From Cyanophora paradoxa CCMP329 (taxonomy: Eukaryota; Plantae; Glaucophyta), in assembly GCA_004431415.1 (NCBI GenBank), contig QPMI01000400.1, positions 1 to 64,000 on the forward strand: a stretch of 64,000 nucleotides of DNA, written 5' to 3'. Under the pieces are notes generated by a model that did no database searches, had not been told where the DNA came from, and saw only the letters and a program-made list of their open reading frames with translations. Position numbers and translations under genes: made by a program. Shown piece by piece: positions 12,243 to 24,432 of this stretch; positions within the stretch are counted from its first letter, which is position 1; each line of letters begins with the position of its first letter.

Positions 12243-13252
12243 TTATGCGAAGCTTGTAATTACTGGATAGGAAGGGTGAAGCTGTGACATTCGCATCTTA
12301 AAGTATTCATAAACTGGGTCTCCTGCTGGCTCATCACCATAGCGAATTTCAAAGGTCAGATGAACAGGTTGACCCTCAAAATCAATTGGTTCATTAATAG
12401 CATTTACAATATCAACCGAGAAAGTGGATAATCCAACCTTCTTATTATAGTATTTGTAAAGTGGATGAGCCTCTGTCGAATTGTAAACTACATGCTCACC
12501 ATAATCTTTGTCAGGGACCACTATTTTATGGAAGTAACCAGTCAGAAGACCATCCCCACATTGCACCAGATCACCCAGCTCCTTTACTCTCACAAACAAA
12601 ACACTGTCCCTGGTCTTCTCAGGCTCAAAAGAAGATATAATGCCATTCACTCGACCACCAGTAAAGATTCCATCAGTGAGAGCATCATAGACCTGTGATT
12701 GGATTGGGGAGTTACCATATCTTCCAGGATCAAGACCCAGCAGTCTAGCTGAACTCAACAGCTTTTGGATTGTTTGTTGGCTTGGGTTCACAGCTACTGA
12801 GAAAGCCAAGTAAAATGGTACTGCTGAGTGGAATATAATTCGTTTCAGTGATTCATCCCATTTGCAGCGAATGGATGGTTGGGGATTTCTGCCTTCGAAT
12901 TTAGAGTTAATTACATTCACCAGTTGTTGGTGGCTTTGGATGGGGTGTTTCGACTTATAATGAATTGTTTCCATTGTTCATAGTCAGCAGCTGGGCGAAC
13001 TGTTGGAATTCCTGAGCTTCCAGCTCCAGGAGTTTGTTCAGAATAATAAATGCTAAATGCATTGTCAACTGTCACATCTCCAACTTTGGTTTCACCACTC
13101 ACCATAGGGATGCTGTTATAAAATTCGGCTGATACCAGTCTCACAGCCCTCACATTCTCATAAGAACTTGGGAGTCTAGCCACAAAGCTTGATGTGGGAC
13201 CATCACCAGAGATTGTATTAAATGAGCTAACCTCGATGTAATCCACAGGCAT
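12243..13252 (-). CDS. Minor capsid protein (penton) 1, one frameshift
   Basis: YIEVSS...FVARLPSSYENVRAVRLVSAEFYN and C-terminal FSVDIVNAINEPIDFEGQPVHLTFEI typical of PLV/NCLDV pentons. Confidence 0.75.
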
Positions 13253-13281
13253 TCTTCTTTTATCTATATTCATATATTAAA

Positions 13282-14213
13282 ATGAACCGGCTTGTTAATA
13301 TTGATAGCAGGGATAGAAGCCAAGGGAATCTGAAAACTCTTACAGGGTCACCCTCACAACTCCAGTAGAGAGACCAAGAGAATGCAGGGTTCTATATGCA
13401 GAGATTCCAAACAGTATCTATAACAGTGTGGGGACTGATCATTTAACAGTTCAGTTTAACTACCAAGATGGTTCATACAATGAAATCATCACACAGAAAG
13501 TGTATCCCCTTCCCAGTGGCTACATTAACCAGGGTCATTTTGGGGTCACACATCCCTATAATTATGGGCTGAACTATTCAAGCTTCAAAACCATTGCAGA
13601 TAAAACTGTGTTTTTTGAGTTCAAGATATTCTACAATCCAACTACCTATAAAGTGGAGTTTTACAGTAACCATGAGTTCCGTTTTATTGCAAGCAACAAG
13701 CGAATAGGGAAGCTTTTGGGTGTGAGTTCTACTGAATACACCAATGGGTATTATAGCACTCCTCCTGTTGGTGGATCACCCTATCGACCTGAGAACCTGT
13801 TAAAGTATGATGGCAAACCTATTACACCTGATCACCCAGCATGGGGAATCACCTTCTCAGGACCCAGACTCTCCTCTAAGCCCTTGCAATATTATTTTGA
13901 CAGCAGGAAGATGTCTGATATGAATGCTGAGCAGTATCTATACATGCACATTAAAGAGCTTGCCCCTTTTGCCAGCAGACACAATATAATTCCGAAATCG
14001 CAACCACATAACCAGGGGGCAATCCTTAGATTGCAATTGAGTAAGGATATAGGTGGCTATGTTTACCATAGTGGTGAGCATGCAGAATTCATTCAGATAA
14101 ATGACAGAAACCTGGTGATAAGGGAACTCACAGTTGAATTTAAAGATTACTTTGGTGAACTGATTGATATGAATGGAATCGATAATTCTTTTCAGTTGGA
14201 GTTTATCGAATAA
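13282..14213 (+). CDS. Minor capsid protein (penton) 2, one frameshift
   Basis: LVNIDSRDR...YRVTLTTPVERPRECRVLYAEIPN and C-terminal LTVEFKDYFGELIDMNGIDNSFQLEF. Confidence 0.78.
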
Positions 14214-15759
14214 AGGCACCTGTGAAATCAACTCTCATTGTGGGAGCATTCACATACACAAGGGGATAAATGCGAATATATTTAATTCTGAGAGAAAAAC
14301 CTATGTAAAAAGCATCCTTGATGCTGAGAGGAAATCCACTCAATAGAGCCACATCACCTGAGTTGTGAGCATTGTTAATGTTCTCACAGACATATATTTT
14401 GTTTTGCCCATCTGATCGAATAAAAGACCAGTTGATCCCATCAGTGGATGTTGCCACATTGAAAGTCTTAATAAAAGCATTGGTGTCCCCTGATCCATAG
14501 GCAATAACAGAGGAGAGTTCAAAAGTATATGGGAAAGCAACTTGAAGGTATTCAGTGGGGGTTTCCCATATCTGCTCAGGAGCATAGGTTCCAGCTTCCC
14601 AGCCAAATGCTGAAGGTCTAGCCATGAAAGGCTCTTTACCAGTCACAGAGGATGAGGCAGTGAAGGCATCATCTGCAAGCTGATACCAATTAGCATCCAA
14701 AGGTGGTGATGTAGTGAGAGTGGATGAAATGTAAGCCTTTGAAGGGTTCTTTAGTTCATAGTTTGCTACTAGTAGGCTGCAAAGCTTATTGATCATATCA
14801 TTGTTTGCTGCAATGTAGGTTTCTGTGAAAGAAAGCATATCTGGGATTTTAGAAGTGTCATCAAGGGAGCTAACTATATGGTTTGGAAGAGGGACCGATA
14901 GCCTATAGTATCTACCATAATCTTGATCATAGTTGTAGGGTAACAACTCCTCCATCTTATCAAGGGCAGAAAGCTCACTTGCAGCCATGAGCATGTTAAT
15001 CAATGGGCTTCCATCTGTTGAGGCAATCCATGAGAGAATTCCCCAGCTGTTCACAGTCTCATAAGCATAACCCACATAATCAGACTCTAAATGTGGGTCC
15101 ACCTCACCACAAGAGATACTTATTACTATTATATCATCATCATCACTGTAAATCTTCTTTGCATGGCTGTAACCACACACACTGGGATTATTGTTTCCCG
15201 AAATGGCACCATCAATGAGACAGACAAATACTCCCCGATTGAAATCAACAATGCTTACAGGAGAGAAATATGTAGGAGCAGCAGAAGTAGCCCTAGCAGC
15301 AATCTTACAAGGCATAAAGTTGTAGTTGTTGTCATTTGTGATAAATATTGGTTTCATATTCTGAGTATCAAAGGATGTAATCACAATGTCCTTTAGGGAA
15401 TCCTGTATTAGTGATTCACCAGTAACTGAATTAATTGCAGTCTCCAAGGGTCCCACATCATATTTTGTATTAAAAAGGGCATTTTCGATGATATTTCGAG
15501 GATTTGCGAAAATCAAGGGCAGTTGAGTTAGGTAAATATTGTGTAAATCGTTTGCTGTCAGTTTAGGTTCACCTGGTTTATCAGGATGCCTGATATTCAA
15601 ACCTATTGCAATGATCCCACCAGTGGAAGTTCCACTTACAAGATCCACAAGATCGATTACTCTTCTGCCAGTTCGATTTTCGATTTCTTTTAGCAGCCTG
15701 GTTATGATAATGCCCCTTGCACCCCCGCCAGAAAGACTTAAAACGACCTTGAGAGGCAT
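14203..15759 (-). CDS. Patatin-like phospholipase fused to C-terminal F5/8 type C (discoidin) domain
   Basis: LSLSGGGARG, GTSTGG nucleophile, ATSAAPTYF, IDGA; C-terminal FTASS...EYLQV...STDGINW...YIRIYP...MRVDF. Confidence 0.88.
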   Translation of the reverse strand: MPLKVVLSLSGGGARGIIITRLLKEIENRTGRRVIDLVDLVSGTSTGGIIAIGLNIRHPDKPGEPKLTANDLHNIYLTQLPLIFANPRNIIENALFNTKYDVGPLETAINSVTGESLIQDSLKDIVITSFDTQNMKPIFITNDNNYNFMPCKIAARATSAAPTYFSPVSIVDFNRGVFVCLIDGAISGNNNPSVCGYSHAKKIYSDDDDIIVISISCGEVDPHLESDYVGYAYETVNSWGILSWIASTDGSPLINMLMAASELSALDKMEELLPYNYDQDYGRYYRLSVPLPNHIVSSLDDTSKIPDMLSFTETYIAANNDMINKLCSLLVANYELKNPSKAYISSTLTTSPPLDANWYQLADDAFTASSSVTGKEPFMARPSAFGWEAGTYAPEQIWETPTEYLQVAFPYTFELSSVIAYGSGDTNAFIKTFNVATSTDGINWSFIRSDGQNKIYVCENINNAHNSGDVALLSGFPLSIKDAFYIGFSLRIKYIRIYPLVYVNAPTMRVDFTGAFIR

Positions 15760-15802
15760 CTTTTACTTATCAGGAATTTTATAAATCCATATAGTAAAAG
15801 CC

Positions 15803-18800
15803 ATGAGCTTCAATTACCCACCAAATCTAGAAACCATTCAAGATGATAATGCAAGCAGCACCAAGCATGTGAACTTTGATAATATTAAAGTAAAGGGTTC
15901 AGTTTCAATTGACCACAGCTCTGATAATTCATCAAAGACTCAATCAAGGGAGCATGCTTTATCTGTGAATCAAACCGATCCAGATAAGGAGGAAGTCAGT
16001 GTAGCTTTTAGCTTGGGTAATGTGAAAGCAAACCAAGTGGCAGAGATCAAAGCAACAAGAAGGAGACCTAGGAAACTAAAAACCAGTGGCACTCATCCAG
16101 ATATACCTTCCAGGTTTGATAGTGGTCGTTTGGTTTTCAATGTTCAAGATGAGCAGGGCAAACAGAACACAGCTTTGCGAATTTACAATGAGGGCAGCAC
16201 TGCAAAAGCTGAGGTCCCCAAGTATTGCAAGTGGGTCCCATTGCCAACACAAATCAGGTCTCCTACACAAATGATGTCTACCCAAAGGATATTACATATG
16301 ACTTTGCAAGGAATGAGCCTTTTGGGTTCTTTACTCCAAAAGATGTCCATCAAAAAAGCCATCAATTACAATCAACAGTAGCCCCAGTCAACCAGTAGCA
16401 ATCCATTTACATCCTGATTTAGTCGAAATGGATAGGCACCTTTTGCCTTTGTATAGCAATGTGAAAGACCTTGGAATTCGAACCAGGCAATGGCGAAATA
16501 TCCATGGCAGTAATGTGTATGCAAATGGTGAGAAGCTTGTAAGTGAGAAGACCATAAGAGAGATCTTTGAGTATTATGGACCTGTCCCAGTTCCCTTCCC
16601 TCTTCCATGGGATCCACCGGATTTAACACCAAAGAAGCAGCCTGGAAGAGAATACACAGCAACTGAAGATGTAGCCTTTGGGCAGCATATTGTTAGTTGG
16701 GAGCAAGTTCGCAATAAACCGATAATTGAACCCAGAAAGCAAATAGATGAGCAGTATTTACCTCCTGAAGTCGATATTTTAGAGCTTGATGAATATCAAT
16801 TCGTTCCAGATGAGGAGGAGTATTTACCAGATGGTTTTGACCCACAAGAATATGAATATGATCAGTATGACCCCAATGAGGAGGAGATACTACCAGATGG
16901 CTTAGATCCTCAAGAGTATGAGTATGAGCAGAACTATGAACCCCATGAGGAGTATTTAGCAGATGGACATGATCCACCAGCTGTTGATTATGAGCAACCT
17001 TATGAACCCCATGAGGAATTATTACCAGATGGATTTCGACCTGAGATCTGGGAGTTCTTTCCTGATTATGAACAAATTAATAATAAACCTGCAAAGTATC
17101 CCCCAGAGGATCACAATCATGATTGGGATGAGATCTTAGGCAAACCTCAAAAGTATCCACCAGAGGATCACAGGCATGATTGGGGTGAAATTGATGGGAT
17201 ACCTACTGAGTTCCCACCAAGCAAACATGAACATATTTGGGATGAGATCAATGACCAACCAGAATTTGCAAAGGTAGAGCCTCTTGATAACTTGGGGGTT
17301 TCTCTTTACCAGACTTGCAATGTCCCTGAAAGAATCTTTTTGAATGAACACTATGTACATGTGAATGGGACACTTGCGAATTCAGCTATGAGAGGACCAC
17401 TTCATATTAGGACATTACCAGGCTCTTATGAAACCCCACCACCACCAGGAGCAACCATACCAAATATCTTTGTGTCAAGCTACATGGAGGCTGACATTCC
17501 CACAGATACATTCAGAGTCCCAACAGACCCAGCAACCTACCAAAATTACAACTCTGCTATACAGGTTCATGTAGCAGATGTAAGCAGCTTAGATGGCTCA
17601 AGACCAATGATAGTATTCAGTCGAGATAAATATTCCTACATTCCCATAGTGGGAACTGCAAATGATAACTATGGGAGGGCAGAGCTTGCATGGATTAAAA
17701 CAAACTATGGTGGGGTTCTGGAAGCCAATCAGAGGATGGCTGCAAAGAATATTCACAATGAGACTATTTCGAGAGTGGTCACAGAGGATTACCTAACGGC
17801 TGTAATTCTCGTTAATTTCGTAACTCTTGCGATGCTTGGAAATTATGTAACAAAACCTGAACTTGCGGTGGAATTATCAAAATATCTCCCGCTTGTTGGT
17901 GGGACAATCACAGGAGATCTTACGGTTAATAGTAATATTTACAGTAGCAACATAGAGACCAGCAACCTAAAAGTGAATGGAATTCTTACGGTTGGTTCAT
18001 GTAATTTTAATACCATAAATCAACTTTACAGAGAATGGTATGATGTCCCAGCAAGCTTTGATCCAGCATTAAATATCTCAAATTGCATTTTTGCTTGGAA
18101 GGCATCAGGACAACCAGGTCAATCAGCAATGTTTACAACTATAATAAGTAGAGTCCCAAATTCAGTTGTTCCAGACATGTTTATCTCCGGAGCCAGTTCC
18201 TATTACACCAATCCCGAAATCAACAACCAAATTAGTGTTTCAAGCCCAACAGGTACTTTTTATGCATATACCTCAGCTACAAGGACTATTGATTTTTCAA
18301 ATGGGCTTACATTTTTCTTTGTGGGAAAATATCATCCAACAACCTCTTCTATGCAAGTTCATTTGAGACTTTACAGAAGCGCCTCTCCATCACGATATTG
18401 TTATTATGGGGCAACATCTTCTACCGCTATTGGAATGAATCAGTTTACTATTAATGGAGTATCCCAAACCCGCCCAGTTATTACGGTTCCTTCTTTAATA
18501 AATACATGGTATTACACTGACCAAACAATTACTCCCAACAGCTACACAGTCGGGTTAAATGGAGTAGATATTCAAACACTTGTAGGAACGAATTATCTAC
18601 CAGATAATACTGTCAATCATTTCGGATTTGGTAATATTGTGAATGGTGGTATTTCCGAGTTGATTGTTTTCAATAGGGCTTTGACAACTTCTGAAAAGAA
18701 TGCTGTGAGGTATTACATTCAACAAAAATATGGATTCACTCATACCCAGACTCTGAATATTTACAGAGGATTAAAAATAACCTCACCTGATACTGTAATA

Positions 18801-21800
18801 GATTACCTTACAGTTACAAGCAATGCAAATTTACCACATCATCCAACCTCTAATGTGGTTCAAGGTTGGATTCAAAATCACACTCACACAAAAGCCCAGA
18901 TTACAGATTTTGCCCATACTCACACAAAAGACCAAATAACAGATTTCGCCCATACTCACACAAAAGACCAAATAACAGATTTCGCCCATACTCACACAAA
19001 GACCAAATAACAGATTTCGCCCATACTCACACAAAAGCGCAAATCACAGATTTTGCCCATACTCACACCAAAGATCAGATCACAGATTTCGCCCATACTC
19101 ATTTATGGGAGCATATCACAAATCCTCCATTAACCTTCCCACCTGATTCACACACTCATGATTACTCAACAATAACCAATAGCAACCACAGACACCCTTG
19201 GAGCGAAATAGACGAAAAACCACGTTTTGCATCGACAGGTGATTTAGTAAATGGTGACGGATTTTATGGGGTCAGTTTCTACCAAAGTGATACCATCGCT
19301 GAAAGATTACAATTAAGTGAATACTATTTACACCGAAAAGGAATTGAAGCAGGCACCACAATGGAAGGAGAATTATACATTAAACAACCAACAAGAACAA
19401 CATTAGTAGCAGCAGGTGGCGATGCATTAATAGACACCAAACCGGGTATTTATCTTACAAGTTACTATAATGCGGATATCCGTTAACAACAGGATTACCA
19501 CCGCTACCATCTGATCCAGTGGGTTATAGTCATAAAGACGCCATTTTACAAGTAAACGTTACAGATGTAAGCGCAACTGATGGTTCACGTCCAAAAATTA
19601 TATTTAGTCGCTCGAAATTCAATTACGTCCCACTTGTGGGACAACCATATGATGATCATGGTAAATGTGAGATGGCGTGGATTAAAACGACAACAGGTGG
19701 CGCCTTAGAAGTTAATCAGAGAATGGCGGCGAAAAACTTACACAATGAGACCCTTTCAGGTGTTGTAACAGATGATTACATGCAAAGCAAAAAATATGTA
19801 GATGATACACATACTCACACCAAAGATCAAATCACAGATTTTGCCCATACTCACACCAAAGATCAGATCACAGATTTCGCCCATTCTCATTTATGGGAGC
19901 ATATCACAAATCCTCCATTAACCTTTCCTCCGGATTCACACACTCACGATTACTTGCCTCTCACAGGAGGAACAATTTCATCAAATCTTACGATTTCATC
20001 CAATTTGAATGTTTTAGGAAAAATTCAAATTGGAGACAAAAATACAAACATTGATGTATACTATGATGCACCCTATTATCCTGTTACTTCTAATACAGAC
20101 CCTGCTTCTACCATACCAAATTGCCTCTTAACAATAAGATTAGATGGTGTCCCTGTTGGAATAAACATCAGTCATGCCTTCATTGCAAATAGAGCAACTT
20201 TGGCGAGTCCCTTTATTTCCGGAGTTACCTTTCCATGGTGTGGATTCAACACAATAACTCAATTGAGATCTGATTACAATAACCGAAACATTGCACAACA
20301 ACCTACTTATTCATATACAAGCCGGGAATTTGGGATGCCGTATCCCGTAACTGTGGATTGGTCAAAAGGTATCACCATCTTCTTTGCAGGTTCTTATAGA
20401 TTTTGGGGACCGTGGGTAGATCTCTTAAATTTTAGTTCACCAGATGGAACTAATAAAGTATCCTTTGGGACAACAGGTAGCAGTATGGGTATACATTCTT
20501 ATACAAGCAATGGTGTGACTTACCCAGCAGCACACTTAAATTATCCCACATCGTATTCTGAGTTGTCGCCGAATCATTGGGACTTTACAGTTTCTTCAAA
20601 TGTCTGCACTTTCGGATTTAACGGACAAGATTTAGGCACAGTCATTACAGAAGTGGATTATCTTCCACCTTCCACTTTTAGTAGGATGGGTGTTGCCTAT
20701 TTCATTACGGCAGTAGGGGAATATATTATATTCAACAGAGCATTGACATTTGATGAAAGGCAAAAAGTGAGATATTATATGCAAGATTATTTTGGCTTTC
20801 CAAAAAAGCAAACAATCGTTATTCCTGATAATCTACGCATTTCTGCTGAAAATGTTCATATTAGAAATTTAATCGTTTCTTCAAATGCAAGCATTCCAAA
20901 CTATACCACATCAAATGTGGTTCAAGGTTGGATACAGAACCACACACCTGCGTGGTCAAATATCACAGACAAACCGTTAACGTTTGCTCCTGATGCTCAT
21001 TCTCATGCATGGACAACCATTACAGGTAAACCATTAACCTTTGCTCCTGATGCTCACACTCACACAAAGTCTCAAATAACAGACTTCGCCCACAATCATT
21101 TATGGGCGGACATCACAGACAAACCGTTAGCGTTCACTCCTACTACTCACACTCACACAAAGTCTCAAATTACTGATTTTGCCCACACTCATTTATGGGC
21201 GGACATCACAGACAAACCATTAACATTTGCACCTGCTGCTCACTCTCATTTATGGGCGGACATCACAGACAAACCATTAACATTTGCACCTGCTGCTCAT
21301 ACTCATGATTGGATAGGTATTACAAATAAACCTTTGCTGTTTCCGCCCGATGCTCATACACACCCTTGGATTAGTATAACAGAAAAACCATTAACATTTC
21401 CGGCAACAGCTCACACTCATTTATGGAATGATATTACAGACAAACCAACATTTGCAACTGTTGCGACAACCGGAAATTATGATGATTTAATTAACAAGCC
21501 AACATACACAGCGCCCACAAATTTTGACGCTACAAGTATTATTTCCACAGATCGCACAGGTGATTGGAGAAATTACAACGGAGGAATATTGACAGGGGAC
21601 ACAAATACTTGGGCGAACACATGGGCTGCTTCTGATGAAGATTGTAGTAGCTGTAAAATGTATTGGAATGTCCCAACAGGAATGAAATCTTGTTATATCT
21701 ATTATGCTTGTCATTACAATTGTAGATACTTTGATGTGGTGGGAATTTATCCTCCAACAACTGTGTATACATATTTACGAGTAAATGCCTATTCTACTGC

Positions 21801-22659
21801 AATCGACCCATCAAAGGAATTCAAACAGTATGTTGGAATAAATTGTGAAGGACTAACCAAAGTTGGTGTTCATGGACAGAAAGGAAGAATTTATTTACCC
21901 GGTCCAATTGCTGTTGGATGGAGCAAAAACCCTGCTGTAACTTCACACAGTGGTTACTGTCATTGGGATAATATCTTCGGAAAACCAACAGCTTCAACAT
22001 CTGTCGGTCCTCACTCACACAGCAAAGCAGATATCACAGATTTTGCACATACTCACACAAAGGCAAATATTACAGATTTTGCCCATACTCACACTAAATC
22101 AGAAATCTCAGATTTGCCTTCTTTTGATCCATTCACAGCCAATACGATCACAGCAAATAATACTATGTATGTAGGATCGGGTTCAATAGTAACTCCTGCA
22201 TCACCCACAAACCAAGAAACATGGTTCTTCCACAATTCCGCAAACTTTTATGATAAAACACTGCTCTGTCGTGGAAATGCTTATGCAAGAGCATTTTATG
22301 CGATGAATGCAGGAACCACAAACACAATCAGCCAAGTTCCATCTTGGTATGATATAGAAAGACGTTTCAAATCAGGAAAATATCAAGCCACAAGTGGTGT
22401 TATAAGCGCGGGTCAAACAACACAGCATGCATATGTTTTATATTGGGACCCACCTTTTTACACTCAGACACCTGTTGTAAATGCCACACTTCAAGGAACT
22501 CCTGCAACAAACCCAGGGGATATAGATTTTAGAATTGGAATCTCAAACTCCACAGCTAACTACACAACAATCTATGTGACATTCATAGCATCCCCTACTC
22601 TATCTGAAAGTCGAAGTATTACTTGCACAATCCATTGGACAGCATATGGAATCCCATAA
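15803..22659 (+). CDS. Giant modular fibre/spike protein (~2,280 aa if ~4 frameshifts are repaired)
   Basis: ORFs 15803, 16428, 18866 and 19519 read through each other after single-base fixes; HTHTKxQITDFA phage-tail repeats; two LamG/ConA-like domains ending E(L/Y)I(V/I)FNRALT. Confidence 0.72.
16780..17075 (+). repeat. Acidic ~20-21-aa coding repeat (EEYLPDGFDPQEYEY-like, 4-5 copies)
   Basis: Visible in both translation and DNA. Confidence 0.75.
18880..19165 (+). repeat. 36-bp tandem repeat encoding HTHTK(A/D)QITDFA
   Basis: About six tandem units; related copies at 19807-19953, 21055-21190 and 22012-22110. Confidence 0.9.
20940..21450 (+). repeat. 57-bp coding repeat HxHxWxxITxKPLTFAPxA
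   Basis: About seven degenerate units interleaved with 36-bp units. Confidence 0.85.
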
Positions 22660-22708
22660 TAAATGCATATTTCGCATTATTTTTCTTTCCTTCTTAGTAA
22701 AAGAAGCA

Positions 22709-23575
22709 ATGGGTGAATATAATCGAGTTCAACTGCCTATATATTCCCTTGGATCCCCTGCAATGCATTTTCGCCAGCATGAAGTAAATGATGAGGTTCG
22801 TGGTTTAGAATCCACAGAGAGACCCAATTCCAATGGTAACTCCTTTGATAAAAATTCGATTATTCGAGTAAAAGAGCTGAGAGCTGATAAGAATTCTGGT
22901 GTGGTTAAAACAACTCGACTTCTTGTCACCAATGCTAACTTCTTCCAGCCTACAAATGGAGGTCCTGATGCTTACAGTGTTGCCCTGAAAGCCCTAGATT
23001 TCGACAAGAATACTGCTGCTGTTACTGTGAGATCAGGAGGAGCATTTATTGGGGGTGGCTGTCGAATTTCAGGTCAGCTTTCATCCTCAATTTCGTATAA
23101 TGATGTCCCAGATACTCTAGAGCAAAATGTAGAAGACCCCCAACGAATTCGATTATATACTCCTGTTGCACAGCAGCCATTAATTCAATTTTACATTGGA
23201 TATACTGTTACTCTTGAAAACTCGGAATTAATTGAAGGAACCAAAAGAGTACTGAGAGGTCTTGCGATTCCATCTGCAATGCTTTCCCTTTGTAGAGCCA
23301 ACAACAATCAAGTAGGTCATAAATACTATTTCAATGTTCAGGGATACAATCATTTCGGTTATGGCTACTGTGTTTATAATAATAATTTCACCTTTGACTT
23401 GTTTGTTACAGATATTGGGTTATATACTATAACTCTTATCGGTTTGAGAACAGATATAGCCGCTGTATCAGCTCTTAGAGGTGTAACTCCTGATACTCTT
23501 TCAGTTACAGGGTTTTACATGGAGCCAGATGTAATTGATGACCCAACCCATAAAAGATATATCCCTTTAATGTAA
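22709..23575 (+). CDS. Fibre-like/virion protein, paralog A
   Basis: Shares ELRxDKNxGxVKTTxLLVTNANF and SGGA(F/Y)IG with the next ORF. Confidence 0.65.
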   Translation: MGEYNRVQLPIYSLGSPAMHFRQHEVNDEVRGLESTERPNSNGNSFDKNSIIRVKELRADKNSGVVKTTRLLVTNANFFQPTNGGPDAYSVALKALDFDKNTAAVTVRSGGAFIGGGCRISGQLSSSISYNDVPDTLEQNVEDPQRIRLYTPVAQQPLIQFYIGYTVTLENSELIEGTKRVLRGLAIPSAMLSLCRANNNQVGHKYYFNVQGYNHFGYGYCVYNNNFTFDLFVTDIGLYTITLIGLRTDIAAVSALRGVTPDTLSVTGFYMEPDVIDDPTHKRYIPLM

Positions 23576-23576
23576 A

Positions 23577-24410
23577 ATGGCTGAGCAACCCCCACTTGAA
23601 CGAATTATTACACCTCAGCTTTCATTAGCTGCACCAGCAAACCATGTTCTGCAGCATGCTACTTTTGATGATGTTGAGGGTCTCCAATCCACAGAGGTCC
23701 AACCTACAATGAATACATTTGGTTCCACCCACAAGCTGAGATTACAGGAACTCAGATGTGATAAAAATAATGGAATAGTTAAGACAACTAAGCTACTTGT
23801 CACAAATGCAAACTTTTCTGCTCATTATGGAGACCCAGATAGCTATGGAGATCCTCTGTCTACTTATTCTTTTGAATCTAGGTCGGGAGCTATTAACTGC
23901 AAATCGGGGGGAGCTTATATTGGTGATGGTCTTAGGGTTGGTGGGGCTGTTGGAGCGCCTTTATTTGTGAATGATCAACCCAATCCCATTGATCCCAACA
24001 CAAGAATTCGAACCTATGTCCCCAGCATGAATGCCCCCTATATAATCAAGATATTCCCCATTGTTGTGAATGAACAAACAGCAGTAGTAGACTCTCTTGT
24101 TGAGATTGGTGATCACTACAAGGTTGTTGTGGATATCCCACCAGATGTTTATGCTGTATGCCAAGTTGAAGGTGGAACTCCCAACTTTGCAGTAGTGATC
24201 ACCCCATATGATAATTTCGGAATTGCTTATCATGGAGTCAATTTCGGTTTGGAAGACTATCAGTTCTTAGTGAGAGCCACCAAGTTTGGTATCTACAAGT
24301 GTGTATTATATGCTGAGAGAACCGATTTTATTGCAAAGCAGAATACCTATGCTGAATACTATGGGACAAATCGATATTTCCCCATTTTTGGGCAGGATAC
24401 TGCTCCATAA
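23577..24410 (+). CDS. Fibre-like/virion protein, paralog B
   Basis: Tandem paralog 1 bp downstream; C-terminal VITPYDNFG...YAERTD. Confidence 0.65.
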   Translation: MAEQPPLERIITPQLSLAAPANHVLQHATFDDVEGLQSTEVQPTMNTFGSTHKLRLQELRCDKNNGIVKTTKLLVTNANFSAHYGDPDSYGDPLSTYSFESRSGAINCKSGGAYIGDGLRVGGAVGAPLFVNDQPNPIDPNTRIRTYVPSMNAPYIIKIFPIVVNEQTAVVDSLVEIGDHYKVVVDIPPDVYAVCQVEGGTPNFAVVITPYDNFGIAYHGVNFGLEDYQFLVRATKFGIYKCVLYAERTDFIAKQNTYAEYYGTNRYFPIFGQDTAP

Positions 24411-24432
24411 GAATATTGGTTATATATAGAGT

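Noticed and set aside
18880-19100. 36-bp tandem repeats resembling a CRISPR array
   Set aside because: No unique spacers; in-frame coding repeats of the fibre; no cas genes
18990-19500. Programmed frameshifting in the fibre gene
   Set aside because: The lesions are single-base losses relative to neighbouring repeat copies, same as elsewhere in the element; error or decay is simpler
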